Of a stretch of DNA of 64,000 nucleotides, positions 36,555 through 52,090 are shown one piece after another. A program made the translations under genes and the position numbers. This stretch comes from Nitrospirales bacterium. GTDB lineage: Bacteria > Nitrospirota > Nitrospiria > Nitrospirales > UBA8639. The DNA is taken from contig CBDBCZ010000009.1 of assembly GCA_965203295.1 (NCBI GenBank), forward strand, positions 96,001 to 160,000, in the 5' to 3' direction. Every line of letters starts with the position of its first letter. Positions within the stretch are counted from its first letter, which is position 1. The notes below the pieces were generated by a model. That model had not been told where the DNA came from and did no database searches. It worked only from the letters and a program-made list of their open reading frames with translations.

Positions 36555-38040
36555 GTTTAAGGCTGTATGAGAGACTGGTGATGAGGGCAAAGGATGGGGA
36601 TGGGTAATTGGGGTCACGGTGGGTGCATGGGCCTGAGATCTTCAGGGGTCGGTATATGTGTGCGCACACACTTGTGACATTAGTGTTGTTTTAAAAGCTA
36701 AAAACAAAAAAAAAATGTTTTAAATACAAATCTAGTTAACTAACTAAAACTAATTCTCCAAAGGTGAGAATAAGCTATAGCTAAACTAATATTTTCACCA
36801 AAATCAACCCCTGGTTAACTAGACTCTAGTACTAAAACTGTTTTAGTAACCCTTTTTATTCATTTTAGTTGGCTAACTGAAACTAAATCTTCTTCTAAAA
36901 CTAAATCTAGTTAGCTATGTAAAGCCACACAAAAAAACACTAGTGCGTATGTGTCTGCATGTGAACACTACAGCAGTCAGTCACATCTTACAACCCACCT
37001 ATCCTTTATTGAGACATGCTCAGTGGGTACATGAGAATGTCTGTAGTAATGAGTTGTAGAGCAATTCAGGAACACACACACTCACGCTGATCTTTGGAGT
37101 ATGAGCAATTTGGGAAAAAATCCCATGCATTAGTAACATTACAGTGATATGTCTATAGTAATTAGTTTAAGTGGACTTCTTGTAGAGCAATTAAGGAATA
37201 CACACACTCACATTGATCTTTGGAGTATGAACAATTTGGGAAAACATTCTCTACATTGCAATGAAATGGGGTTAGTCTGCACATCTCCCTCTCAGTCTGC
37301 CCTGTGGTGTCTGCTGCTTTCTTTCTCTTAAGACTGGCTACACACCTTTATGGTCTGGAGTTTATTTTTTTGACTAGTTGTGATGTGACACACCATGTCT
37401 GCATAAAATTTCAACTAATATTGATCATGTACACACATAATATTATGAATTTGCTCGTGTTTCCTCACAGGCATGATGACAGAATATACAAGCAACTACT
37501 GGTACGTATACCCGAGTACATAATTACTTCTGAATCACTGTATTGTGAACCATGCAGCAAACTGCCTGCATGGCCAGCCCACTTGATTATGGAGTATGGT
37601 AGTATGTAGGATGGCACGTGGAAAAATGGCAAATTTAGAATTAAAGGAGAGGCTGCTAGCACCACCCTGGTGATACTGGTTTCGCAGCCCAAACCCTATA
37701 GTGTGAATAATTTTATAGGGCTGGGAACTACATTCGGAGAGTGTGAGGGTTATACTGAGCTGGAATGAAAGGGAGGGCCTCTAGCTTCACTGTGGCGATG
37801 TATCCCATACCAAATCCACTTTCCCCTCCCCTGTTGCAGATAGTCTGACAGAGGTCGTATTAGCCTCGTGCCCAGGCACTTTCTTTCCACGCAAAGAGCC
37901 TGGGCACGAGACTAAGGTCGTATGTACTTGCCTATAGAATTTCCCAATGGTCGGTCCAGACTTCAATGTCACAAAAATGGAATGTACATTATTTTTTATC
38001 CATATTCTCCGTAAACTGCTATTTATAGGAATGTGTGGCC
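36555..38040 (+). repeat. Segmental duplication unit D
   Basis: Diverged tandem copy at about 39895-41205. Confidence 0.8.
37861..37914. mobile_element. Short TA-flanked palindromic MITE (tagcctcgtgcccagg...cctgggcacgagacta)
   Basis: Self-complementary ends. Relatives at 22344-22382, 41034-41088, 56957-56995 and 61829-61921. Confidence 0.6.
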
Positions 38041-39479
38041 AAATGTGCGGCTACGTAGCTTGCACTCCGGAGAACTACTACCTTACGTAGCTACGTAGTC
38101 TCACATGTACTATTTATCTTATACATCCCAGTTTATTAGTACTTATATTCATTGGGTACTTTTATTTGCATGCGCACTACTATTCAGGAAGTGGATAGCA
38201 GTACTTTTAATCGTAGGGTACTTGTAATTGATTGGAGTTTAATAATAAATGTAGTTAACATGAGAGGTATTTCCTGCTGCATAAATAGTCTGATTAGTAT
38301 AAGGTCAAGGCAGTTCACACATGCTCACCAAGTTCCGTGCTGCCTCATGCTTGGCTCAGTTGGCTACTTGCTCAAAGTTGGCTGCTAGTTGAAAGATTAT
38401 TCAACTCTCCACCCTGCCCTCCGTGTTCTTCATTTTCAGTTGTTGATTTGTTTTTGTTTGTTCTGTTTCTCCGCCCCGGTTGTTTCTTCGTCTTGGTGGA
38501 CGTGATCCAGTGCAGAGATCCATTTTAAAAATTATATTTATTTTGCCTAAAGGACTGTGGGCTGTTCAGAGTACAACTATTTGCAAGTGTGTTGAAATTA
38601 ATGGGTACCCTTTACAATTATAATGGGGTATAAGCAGCCAAAATTTCATGGAAACATGCATGTTTTTGTTCTTTCATGTTTACATTATACTTGGAAGCCC
38701 AAAACATGCATGTATTTTATCCATTTAGTGCCTCCTTTTACCCCCAACTTCATCATAATGGTAAAGGGTCTATTGAGCTTTTCTATCCTGAAGAAGCCCT
38801 ATTGCTTGCTGTGCAGCTCCACTTACTTGAAGGCTTCGTCCTAGGCACTCTTGCTATTGATATTGATTGAATTTGAATGTAGTGATTAATTTTACCCCTT
38901 AATGGGTACTTACACTCCAGAGTACCAGAGTATATGGTATCCTATCCTCACCTAATCAGTGGGTGGGTCAATGTAGTTAAATAGTAAATGACTGCAGATG
39001 ACACCCACTGTAGGAGGCCTGGGATTGAGGCTAGTAATCAGTAATAGTTAATTAGGATGCCATGACTCTTGTGTAAGTGGACTAGAATAGCGTGCGTGTG
39101 TGTGTGTATGTGTGTGTGGGGGGGGGGGTGGATTCTGGTACATAGCAATAATTGTCCATTCTCCAACGTGTACAGTACTAGGTAGTTGACACAATGAGGA
39201 GACATTAATTTGGCATCATTTAACAGTTAGATTATTCATGCACTGTTTATTGCCATAAGTTACTGTAGCTGCCAGTGATGTGACTATTGTAAGTACCCCG
39301 TCTCCTACACACAATCACATGCCAGTGTACTAATCAAGCTATTGACACTGAGCGATAAGGCGTGATATTTTAGCACAGCTAGGACTGATTGGTAGTTTGC
39401 TCAGTAAATTAACTTACTGATTATAAATAGGTACTACACTGTTATTTAATTTATTCTCACCTATGCTTTAGTTATCCAT

Positions 39480-39755
39480 CCCAATGATAAATATTTTTTT
39501 CGCAAACACTTCTTCAGAAATTTGTTGCTTACATGCTTAAGAAATCTACAAACAAGAAACACAGAAACTATCGCACACTAAGTATAAACCAAGGGACTGT
39601 AGCTTAAAAGGACAGGGAAAAAGTATGGTGCAATGTAATCTCGAGGAAAAAAACAGAGTTAACTAAAAAATTCTCACCATAGAAAAACCCCAAGATTACA
39701 ACAAACTACTGTAGTTACAACACTCAAGTACATGTAACTATTGTACGAAGATCTC
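39480..39755 (-). pseudogene. 3' stub of a lost paralog (EIFVQ* plus 3' UTR)
   Basis: 39738-39755 reads GAG ATC TTC GTA CAA TAG on the minus strand, followed by sequence homologous to the 3' UTRs of intact genes (ctcaccatagaaaaaccc, accaagggactgt). The rest of the CDS is absent. Confidence 0.7.
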
Positions 39756-41256
39756 ATGACAAATCATTGAGTGATATTTTTGAAATGTGTTCAGTAGGCA
39801 CATCACTATGTGATGGGAAGGATTTGTTTTAGTGTGTATGTACATGTATGTGTAGGTTTACAAACCTTGTCGCACTGAAAATTACAAGTGCATTGTATAG
39901 GCTGTATGAGAGATTGGTGATGAGGGCAAAGGATGGGGATGGGTGATTAGGGTCACGGTGGGTGCATGGGGCTGAGATCTCGAAGTCTGTATATGTGTGC
40001 GCACACACACGAGTGTGTTAATGTTGTTTTAGAGACTAAAATCAAAAAGTGTTTTAGTAGGAACAAATACAGATCTAGTTACCTAACCAAAACTAATTCT
40101 TCAAGGGTGGGAATAAGCTATTGATAAATCATTAATATTTTTCAACCCCTGGTTAAAACTGTTTTAGTAAACCTTTTTAGTTGGCTAACTGCTAATTTTC
40201 TTTTTTTTCTAAAACTAAATCTAGTTGGCTATGTAGAGTCACACTGAGACAACACTAGTATGTGTATGTGAACACTACAGCAGTTCACATCTTACAACCC
40301 ACCTATCCTTTGTTGAGACGTGCTCAGTGGGCACATGAGTATGTCGTCCGTAGTAATGGGTTTGTGGACTTCTTGTGGAGCAATTAAGGAACACACACAC
40401 TCACGTTGATCTTTGGAGTATGAGCAAATTGGGAAAACATTCTCTACATTAGTAACATCGCAATAAAATGGGGTTAGTCTGCACGTCTCCCTCTCAGTCT
40501 GCCCTGTGGCGTCTGCTGCTTAAGACTGGCTATATGGTCTGTAGTTTATTTTACTAATTGTAATGTGCATACGTATAATCTTAAATTATTGATCATGTGC
40601 ACACATAATTATGCATTTGCTCATATTCCCTCACAGGCATGATGACAGTGCTCACTAATATACAAGCAACTACTGGTACGTATACCCAATTGCATAATTA
40701 CTTCACTGTATTATGAACTAGCAAACTGCCTGCACAGCCTGCCCACCTGAACATGGAGTATGGTAGTATGTAGGGATGGCACGTGGAAAAATATAGTAAC
40801 GTGCACAGGAATATGATGCTGATAGCAATGAAAAGGGAGGCCGCTAGCACCACCCTGGTGATATTGGTTCCCAGCGCAAACCTTATAGTGTGGCTTTCGA
40901 TAATAGGGCTGGGAAACTACAGTCGGAGAATGTGAGCATGAAAGGGAAGGCCTCTAGCTTCACTGTAGCGCCGTATTCCAGAACAAACTCACTTCCCCCT
41001 CCACCGTTGCCGATAGTCCAATAGAGGTTGCATTAGCCTCGTGCCCAGACACTTTCCTCCCACGCAAAGAGCCTGGGCACGAGACCAAGGTCGTATGTAC
41101 TTGCCTACCAGTAGAAATTCCCAATGGTGAGTCCAGACCTCAATGTCCGCATTATTTTTTACGCATCATATATTCCCTGTAAACTGCTATTTATAAGAAT
41201 GTGTGGTTAAATGAGCCGCTAGCTTGCACTCAGTGTAACTATTACTGTATTGAATG

Positions 41257-41372
41257 GTGTGCGTGTGCGTGTGCGTGTGCGTGTGCGTGTGCGTGTGCGT
41301 GTGCGTGTGCGTGTGCGTGTGCGTGTGCGTGTGCGTGTGCGTGTGCGTGTGCGTGTGCGTGTGCGTGTGCGT
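41257..41372. repeat. (GTGTGC)n microsatellite
   Basis: Direct reading. Confidence 0.95.
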
Positions 41373-41859
41373 ACTGTGCGTGTGGGGTAGCAACAACTGC
41401 CCATTCTCCAAAGTTTACTGTACTGGGTAGTTGAGACAATGAGGAGACATTAAGTTGGCATCATAATTAATAGTTAGACTGTTCATGCACTGTTTGTTGC
41501 CATAGCTACTATAGCTACCTGTGATGTGGCTATTTATAAGTACCCAGTCTCCTACACACATTTACTGCCAGTGTACTAATAGGGTTTGCGAGCTATGACA
41601 CTGAGCGATAAGGCGTAATAATATTTTTAGCATACATGTAGGATTGATTGGTACTTCGCTCAGTAAACTTACTGATTATAAATACTATATACCGTTATTT
41701 ACTTTATTCTCACCTATGCTTTAGTTACCCATCCCAATGTACATGCAATATGTTTTTGCAATCACTTCTTCAGGAATTTGTTGCTTACACACTTGAAAAA
41801 TCTACAAACAAGAAACAGAAATCGTACACTGCAGTAAAAAACCAAGGGACTATAGTGAG

Positions 41860-42095
41860 CCAATAATATTTTGATGGCAGTTGGGGAAAACGTCTTCAGC
41901 AATTTCAGCTGTGGCCATCTCCAGTTGCTCCTCAGGAGGACAGACCTGCCCCCCTCCCTCCAATACTGTAGCAGAGTAACTCACTGGTAGTGAGCTGTTG
42001 TCATGCTGGCTAGTCGCACCTTCCTGGCATGAAGTGAGCTGAAGTTCAGCAGCTAGAATGAGTGCAAGAACTGCGTACAAAACTTTACTACTCAT
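41860..42095 (-). pseudogene. Truncated paralog 4 (5' part only)
   Basis: MSSKVLYAVLALILAAE...AEIAEDV (42095 to about 41887) is followed out of frame by a 27-bp remnant encoding PQLPSKYYW (41860-41886), then directly by 3'-UTR-like sequence. The TATA box is degraded (ttaata at 42141). Confidence 0.85.
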
Positions 42096-45000
42096 TGTGG
42101 CTAAACAGCTTGAGTGTGATTGTTGTGAGTGGGACATGCCTTAATAGTCTAAGAATGAACCAAATGCACGTTCCAGTGGAGAGAGGTGAACATGTTAAAA
42201 TTATTATCTGGTGCCACTGAAGATTAAAACAATACAGTGTATGGCCGGCAGGCAATTTCTGTGATAAATGGCTTTATTATAGCACACACACAGCAGCTGG
42301 GATGATACACATTCCAGACATCCTAAGATAAGCGTGAATTCAGTTACAGAAAATCCATTATGCATTCTAAAAATAGTCACTTGATGAGGTAATGCAGTAC
42401 TCTATCTACTGTCACTGTAGTGATAGGCACTGAATGCCATAACAAACTTCAGACTACATACAAATCAGACATATTGGCCACCTTGCAGCTTAAAGCCTAC
42501 GTACGTATAATGCCACCCATCAGCTCCTGTAATGTAAAATGCATTGAGAAGTCACAATTTACAAATATAAGTGCCAATCTGGACAAGACACGAGACTGAT
42601 AGAGAAAAGGACAAGAATTACAAACGTATGCTTCAACTTACTACAAACAACCTTGTGTTGTTGGCCACATGGCATGGCGAATTAATGAAAACATGTGACT
42701 GACATGGCAAATTAGCAAAAACATGACATAGTTATAATCGTGTTTTCAGTAGAACGTACAATTTAAATGCTAACACAACAGCAGTTCACCTCTTATAGCC
42801 CACCTGTCATTAGGTGATATTGTTAGGACGTGCTCAGTCGGCACATAAGTATGTCTGTAGTAATGAGTTTAAGTGGCTTCGTGTAGAGCAATTAGGGAAC
42901 ATGTAGAGCTATTAAGGAACACACACACACGTCCATCTTTCGTGACTTGGGAATACGACTGCATACATACGCTAAATTAAAAACAACAATGATGTTTCAA
43001 CACAGTTTGGAGACGTTCCCTTAGCAACCAGTAGCCAGGAAAGTAGAGAGAGGCCAGACTACACTGTACTGAAAACAAACTCCAGACCACAGGGGTAGCC
43101 AGGCAATAGGAAAGAAAGCAGCAGATGCCACAGGGCAGAGGGAGATCATGCAGCTTACAAGATTCTTAAGTTTTATGCACATTGGCTGCTGCATAAAATC
43201 TTAACTGATATTGCATGATTATGTGCACACACATATACATATATGCTAACTGAATATACTCATGTTGCTGCCGTAGCGCTTACGCCATTGACCACGCACC
43301 CACATACGCAGCTTACTAGATTCAAAAGTTTAATGCACATTGGCTGCTGCATGAAATCTTAACTAATATTGTATGATTATGTGCACACGCATATATATGG
43401 GGGGGAGTTTTGCAGAGTTTAGAACATTAGATGATATTAAGCACGTTATTATCCCATCCTCACCTAATCAGGTGGGCAGGCTGTGTAGGCAGTTCACAAT
43501 ACAGTGAAGTAATCATACACTCAAGTAGTTGTGTACGAGGTGGATGTATGGCGGTGTCGAGCATGACTGTGGGGTGAGTGTGTGCAAGTGCATATACGTA
43601 TGTACAGATTGTTTAATTCTTCCATGTAAGGTTTCTAATGTTACCATACACACGGGACACTCCCAGAGCACCATGTACTACACTCTCACATTCATCACAC
43701 ATAACTTACACTGCTTATCATCATTTGTATCCCTACGTATGTCTTTCTGACTCTTCATTCAGACCATTAGTACCCAACCTAAACATAAATCATGTTCCTG
43801 GATCCCCAACCCCCTGCATGCAAGTAATTCTTAATTTCTATTTTCTTGCAAAAAGATTTGTACAGACTCAGTTTAACTTTACTATTAAAGCGATTAGTAA
43901 GCCTTTATATTTTCTATATCTCAATGCTCCATCTACTGTCTGTAAGAACAAACTTACATGGTAATCTTCAACTAATATTTTCTGACTGTCCAGATTACAT
44001 GAGGTACATTTACCAAGTACCTGAGTGCCTAATCATTCATCATTGTACTATTACACATGCATATCTCAGGCAAGAGGTTTGGTGGGTTTCAAACTGAAGG
44101 GTGGGGTCAGCCACACCACAGTCCCTTCCTCTTATTACTGTACTCATTTTTGCCAGCAATTGATTATCATGACTGTCCTCACAGTACATTAGTTTAGTTG
44201 TGCATTATTTGCTTCTAAGCTCCAAATTGAAAAACTGGGGCCTAGAAATTAGGCTACAGTAATTAGACATTGTAACAGACTATTTCCGAATATTCATATA
44301 ATATGAATAGTAATTGCACACCTTGTTGCCATAGCCTCATATTTTGTGGCTGATTATTTTCATGTGTTTATAGAATGTATTTCCAATTTGCTCATACTGG
44401 AGAGAGATTGACATGAGTGTATGTGGTAAATTAATTGCTCTACTAGAAACCCATTAGTACAGACATACTCCTGTGCTCACTGAGCACGTCTCAGCAAAAT
44501 CAGCGATCAATTAATGTATGGATTGTAAGTGATGCAATGCTCACTGTCAGTCAAATGCACTAAAATCAAATGTTAAAGTTATAACTCTTCCATATTATCA
44601 TCCATTACCTGTAGAACTATCCAAAATGAGTACTGGAAGAGGCTGTTGTGTGGTTGACCCTACTCAACCCCTCCAAACCGTTTGCCTGTACATTAGAGGC
44701 ATTGCATGTAATGCACAAGCAGATCTTTAAGGTTGACACAACCTGATTGCTATTAGTAAACCTTCATGCTAATTACGTAGATCACTGCCAATATCCTTAC
44801 TTCCGGCACAAACCATTATGTAATGCTACCTACAGGAAGGACAGTTGTGCCGGAGAAGTTTTCCATACCAATATAAGGCTTTGTACATTGCAGCTGACAT
44901 GTGAAAACTATATAGAGATGGGGCTGTGTATGTTGTGTTTATGCTATCTCTACACCTCAACGTGTTTGCTTGCTTTATGGCACTTCCATTCCTACATCTT

Positions 45001-45942
45001 TTATTTAATTTTAATTTCTAGTAAGCTATTGGTAGTCTAGAGTTTGCCAGGCATTCAGTGCCTATCACTACAGTGATCAGTCATTACCTCATCAAGTGAC
45101 TATTATTAGAATGCACCATGGCTTCTTTTAATTGAATTCATGAGAATAAATGCCCTTATCTTGGAATGTGTATCATTCCAGCTGCTGTGTGTGTGCTCTA
45201 ATGCAGCCATATCACTGTATTGTTTTAATTGCTCTACAAGAAACCCACTTAAACTCAGACATTCTCAAGTGCTTAATGAGCTGGTCAAAGGACAGGTGGA
45301 TTGTAAGATTCAAACTGCTGTACATGTAGTTTTCACAGACACATACCCTCCCCTGTCAGTGCCTTTCTCCAAAAATCTCTCTCTCTAGGTTCGAGCCCCA
45401 TATGGCACTCGCAGCCACAACCACAAGAGCCAGTTGCGAACCCCGGTCCCGGTGCCACTTCGGTCACAAGCACTCCCATGGAGGTCGTCCGTACCGATTA
45501 CCACCTTGACGGGACAACTGGTCATCCGACGCTGGTGATCGACCTCACCACGGCCACCTCCATACCAGAGACTCCTAAGCCCCCACTGTCCAGTGCTCCT
45601 CCCCGCCCCCCTCCTCCCCGGCTGGGGAGAAGAAGGCCAACCAGTAAGTGGACTGCATACATAATAGCTATGTAGTCATTTATGTGTACTGATACCCATA
45701 TCATGGCTAGATGAATTCTCCTATTTTCATTGTGCCTAGTTGCACTCTCTACAAGCGGCCGGTTCAACCAAACAAATTCAGAATATGCCTATTACTGTTC
45801 CTTGATTGAACGGCTTTGTTGGGCTCGAGTACAGTGCAACAAAATTTAGTTTCTGTCCCAATTAGATTTGGATTGTTACGGTCTAAACAAGGTGCATATC
45901 GAATGAATCATGCCTGTACGATGTCTTTTGAACCTTTCTTAA

Positions 45943-46913
<971 letters not shown>

Positions 46914-47839
46914 TTAAGCAATAGAACAGAAATGTAGTATGCCCTCAGTTGCTAGTGACTCATCTGAGACAGCTCCTTCGGCAGTTTTTAAACTGGATTA
47001 ACGTAAAACAGTTAATAGTGTCCCCACTGTTCAGAGATTCTCTCAGTTGGCAGTACAATTCAAAAATCATCAATTCCAATTTTCTGTCTGAAATTTTTCT
47101 ACCAAACTATTCACAGAAGATTACGACACTGTACATAGTCAATACCTCGAACATTTTCAAAGTACTGCTGAAATTGAGGTTGAAATTGAAGAATTATCAT
47201 GACTGTCCTCACAGTACTAATAGTACATTGCTTCTGAGCTCCGCATTGAACTGGAGGCTAGAAATCAGGCACCATTAATTGATTAAACACCGTAATAGTT
47301 CTGGATATTGTGCTACAGTAGCTTCTGCATACGTATTATATGATTAGTAATTGCTTGCTCACCTTGTTGCCATAGTTACATATCCTGTGGCTAATTATTG
47401 TAAGTACCCAAATTCCTACACACATGCCAGTGCATAATAGTGTGATATTTAACTATAAGTTGTGATATTAGCACAGGATTGATTGGTACATTCCTCATGA
47501 ACCTCAGGAGGACATGAACCCACTGCTGTGAAATTGCCACCCACCCAAGGATATTATGTATTTACAAAGCGTTTCCGCATCTTCACTTCAGAATTTAGTT
47601 GTTTAAAAATCTGATAACGACAAGCAAAAGATCTAAAACAGCTACACCAACAAATGGGTTAACACTAGAGTAGTAACTATCACAGACTGCAGGGACTGTA
47701 AATATAAGTATTTAGCCAAGGGCCAGCCCAACCCATGACAGGGAAATGTGAGGGGAAAAAACTCACCATAGAAAAACCCAATGTAAAAGACTACAACAAT
47801 CTATTGTATACTACGTATATAACGACACTCAAAAAGTAG

Positions 47840-48386
47840 TTATTGCACAAAGATTTCAACCAATTCAATAGGAGTGTCCTCATTACTGAATGGTGACTGA
47901 TCGGCACATATCCTGACTTCAATATCATCGGTTGTAGGCTCGGTTAGACTTTTACAGAAGAGCGGTGGATCATTCAGCTCGCAGCAAGTGCTTCCTGACC
48001 CACAGTCCTCTCCATCCCAGTGTGGGTCACCATCAGGGTAAAATACACCAGAACTCCAACTGCCAGCAACACCAGTCTCACAGAAGTAGTCCTGCCTCAC
48101 AAATGATGGAATTGATTGTGTACTTTGACTATTGGTGCAAGGGCAGGTAAACTGAGAACCAAACTCCTGCTCTGTGAGTGAAGCAGCAAATGTCCAAACA
48201 TGCTCTTTCTCTGTTCCACGTGTGATAACCACTCCATCCACAAAGGGGTCCTCTATTCTAGTGTAACTGTTACCTGAGTTGGAGTAGGCCCAAAATGCAT
48301 CAGGATGCCTACCCTGGTAGCCTATAATTCTGCCACAAATGTGAGAAAATGTTGTAAGTACTTGTGTACAAAACGTTACTACTCAT
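47840..48386 (-). pseudogene. Paralog 5 with a large internal deletion and a frameshift
   Basis: ATG at 48386 reads MSSNVLYT joined directly to STYNI, so roughly 0.5 kb including most of the signal peptide and the YCD module is missing. A 5-bp deletion then gives an early TAG. The C-terminal half (GRIIGYQ...EIFVQ*) is intact in another frame. ATG to stop is 547 nt, not a multiple of 3. Confidence 0.88.
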
Positions 48387-50817
48387 TGTGGCTAAACAGC
48401 TTGTGTCCAACTGCATGAAACTGTAATCATTGTGACTGAGACATGCCTTATACACTCTAGGAATGAGATAGTAAAAGCACCAATATATTCACACGTACCT
48501 GGACCATTGGTCAGAGGTACACAATTAAATAGCAGCTATCCAGTAGGGTGTGTGTGGCTGGCAATTTCTTCACAGCTGTTGAAGTGATACACAGTTAAAA
48601 TGCATTCCAGCCTGTGAAGGTACAGTACTTTCTAATGATTAAAGTGGACACGCATTCCAGACATCCAAAGATTAGAGATTTATTCTCATGAATTCTGTTA
48701 TAGGAAATTAAGGTATGTAGCCATTGTGCATGGTTTGTATGTGCAGTACCAGTCTATTACCTCAACCCTACCCTTCGCCCACCACATTTGGCATGTACAT
48801 GTAATTATTGGCATGTACATGTAATTGTTGCACAAGTGAATGATCTTCAATTTAATGTTGGCTACACAATTGCTATTACTAAACTTCCATAGATTGATTT
48901 ATTTTGTCTGGCCCAAGTGATTGTATATAAAAAAAGGTGGTTGCTAGGTGACAGTGCCTCACCATCAGGTCCATATTGATGTGGGCTCATGTGATATACT
49001 TGTAACTAACTTCATAAGAAATATACAATATACTTCTGTAGTTCAACTTGTCCAATGGCATGAGAATTAATATGAGGGCAATTAGGTATTATTATATAAA
49101 ACCTATGCTCTACCTCTGGTATATGTCAACAAAATCTTATGACTATGTTGATTTTTTCAGCTGGAGCTTTGGAGGGTGGGGGGATTCCGTCTCCTCTCCC
49201 CCAAGTGTATTATAGCATTGTGGTGCATAAAACTGGTTCTCCAATAAGTTTCTCTTTCCAAAACCTTGTCTAAAATTTTCAACTCCTGTTTAGTTTACAT
49301 GGTAACCTGTTGTTGCCCTGCATGGTTTTTGGGTAGGAATTTCTCGTTGCAGCCACCCCATCCTCAGCATTGGACTCTCTTATTGTTTTTACATTACATG
49401 TCACAGCAGCTGTTACTAGTGTCCTAATTCAGGGGTCTCAGTCAGAATCAATGAAAATAGTGTGGGAGGTGTTCTTGATTACCTACCTCATGTTGGCTTC
49501 CACTAGCACCATAGAACTGAACCACATTTGTTCTCGGCCATTACAGGGACTTTGCACAGTACACAGTACAAGTGTGTGTTTGGTGTGATGTCATATATTC
49601 CACTCCCACCCTCATGCAGGGAGGAAGACAAAGACCTCTACCTCCACCAAATCAGCAAGACCTTTTAATTAACCCCGACCAGGAATCACTGCTATCGGCA
49701 ACACACTTCACTCAGACTGGGAGCAGCGTGCCAGGTCAGTGGCTGCTAGTGTACCACTGGGTATCACAAAGGCCGAACCTCACAGATACATTCATTGAGT
49801 GTGTACTCCTGTAATAGTGTATACATACATATTGAGAGAGAAATGAAAAGAGATCAGGGCCTAATTGGGAGTTGATTCCTAGTTTGTATTACAGGAAGCG
49901 ATAGCTGTTTTTAGGTGACTGGAAGAAGCTTATTGTAGGTGGAGTATGGCAAGATTATAGTAGACAACATGTAGGACAAATCAGTAGTAGGTACGTAGGT
50001 CTTTTTATGCTCTCCCTGCTCTCATACACTGTGTGTCTGTGAGTGTGTGTTTGGTGATATGGTGGGGAGAAAGTAATAAAAAAATGAGCTGTGGCAGGGT
50101 ACTTGTCCATTACTTTTTGAGTTACTAAGAGTTTATGGTTTGATTTTTTTTTGTTAGGTGTATCATGTGGTAGGATGTTCCATGCCAAAAAAAGTTAGTT
50201 CAATGAATGACCTAAACAGTGACCGATTCCGATGTTGCTGGTCATCAGGGGAGTTCCCAGGCTGATCATCGAACAACCACAGGTCTCGGCCCCTTTATAA
50301 GCTCCCGACCTGTGGTTGCCTACAGAAAGGGCGGGGCCACTCCCAGAGAGGAGTCTGGCACTTGACTCGAGTGAAATCCATCCAGCATATGTGAATTCTA
50401 GCACATAAATATTTTGTAATTTTGTGTTTTGTTACGCTTGTGGCTTCAATAATTGCAACCACTCTCCTTTTACCGTGCCAACTCGTAGTTACATATTTGT
50501 AAGTAAAGGATACCTCAATTTCTCAGCCATGTGGAATTCTCTTTAGCTAGTTTGGAAAATAGTGTCATGAATAGTATTTTGTGGATGTAAGTAGATGTAC
50601 TCACCATACAGTAAGTTTCTCAAGTAGCAAGCTCTTGAAACATGTGCTTTCAATGCATTGATGTCATGCTGACTTTGTAGGGCTTAATTAGTAATCTGTG
50701 TGGTTTGGTGTGCATGCATGTGCCTGGTCCTGAATCCAGGCCTTGGTCTGAATAGGCAGGCATGCACACTTCTACAGCAAGCAATTTTTACCTATGAATT
50801 GCTGGACGATTAAGTGG

Positions 50818-50861
<44 letters not shown>

Positions 50862-51719
50862 GGGAGTTGATCAAGAATGCGGAAAACACATTACTGATGT
50901 ATTACTTTGCTCATCCAATAATGCTTTCTTGATCCACTCCCTCCACACACATGCCCACACACCCACACACACACACACACACACCTGGTCCAATGATGTG
51001 TGAGGTCCACCATGAGCATATGCAATTTATCACTGTGAATTTTCCCATCTGGCACCCTGTGTATATACCGGCTTAGTCTCATACCCAGATCCCATCCCAC
51101 ACAGAATGGTCTGGCAACATTGCACAGGCTCAGCCTTCATAAAACTCCCTCAATTAATTAGTTATCTCGATTTACATTGCACACACTTACGTAGCAGTAA
51201 TTTGCATAGCCTGGTGCTCTTGTGACATGCTAATTACTTTTACTGAGGCTTTTAGCATCATCTCCTTTCGTTGTTAACATTATACATACCTCATTGCCAG
51301 ACCAACTTAAATTGTGAATACTGTGGAATGTATATTATGCTATTGTTTGTGTGCTCAGGTATGTTAGCTATAGGCCAATAATTGTCCCAATCACTGCCAC
51401 AGGGTAAAGATCATGCAGACTCACACTGGCTACTGCATGAAATTTTAAGTAATATTGCTCACATTCACACAACAATCAAACACTCTTTTGTTAACCAGCA
51501 CACTATGTACCTGCACAGCCTGCCCACTCAAAGCCACCTGATTAGCTGAGGATGGGATAGTAACAACAGCAAATTCCTATACAATAGCCATGGCAACAGC
51601 ACAGTACCATTTCAATAGAACAGTGGGAAGGTATAAGTACACGTATTAGTTATTACAGGGAAGTGAGTGCCATATGCCAGATATGGGCTCCATATGACAT
51701 CAGAGCATGAGGGCTGTTA

Positions 51720-52090
51720 GGCGTTATACTGTGTGTGTGCTCTGCGTCGTACTGTGTGTGTGCTCTGCGTTGTACTGTGTGTGTGCTCTGCGTTATACTG
51801 TGTGTGCTCTGCGTTATACTGTGTGTGTGCTCTGCGTCATACTGTGTGTATGCTCTATGTCATACTGTGTGTGTGTGTTCTGCGTCATACTGTGTGTGTG
51901 CTCTGCGTCATACTGTGTGTGTGCTCTGCGTCATACTGTGTGTGTGCTCTGCGTCATACTGTGTGTGTGCTCTGCGTCATACTGTGTGTGTGCTCTGCGT
52001 CATACTGTGTTGTGTGCTCTGCGTCATACTGTGTGTGTGTGCTCTGCGTCATACTGTGTGTGTGCTCTGCGTCATACTGTGTGTGTGTGT
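51720..52090. repeat. ~23-bp minisatellite (ctctgcgtcatactgtgtgtgtg)
   Basis: About 16 tandem copies with variable GT count. Confidence 0.9.
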
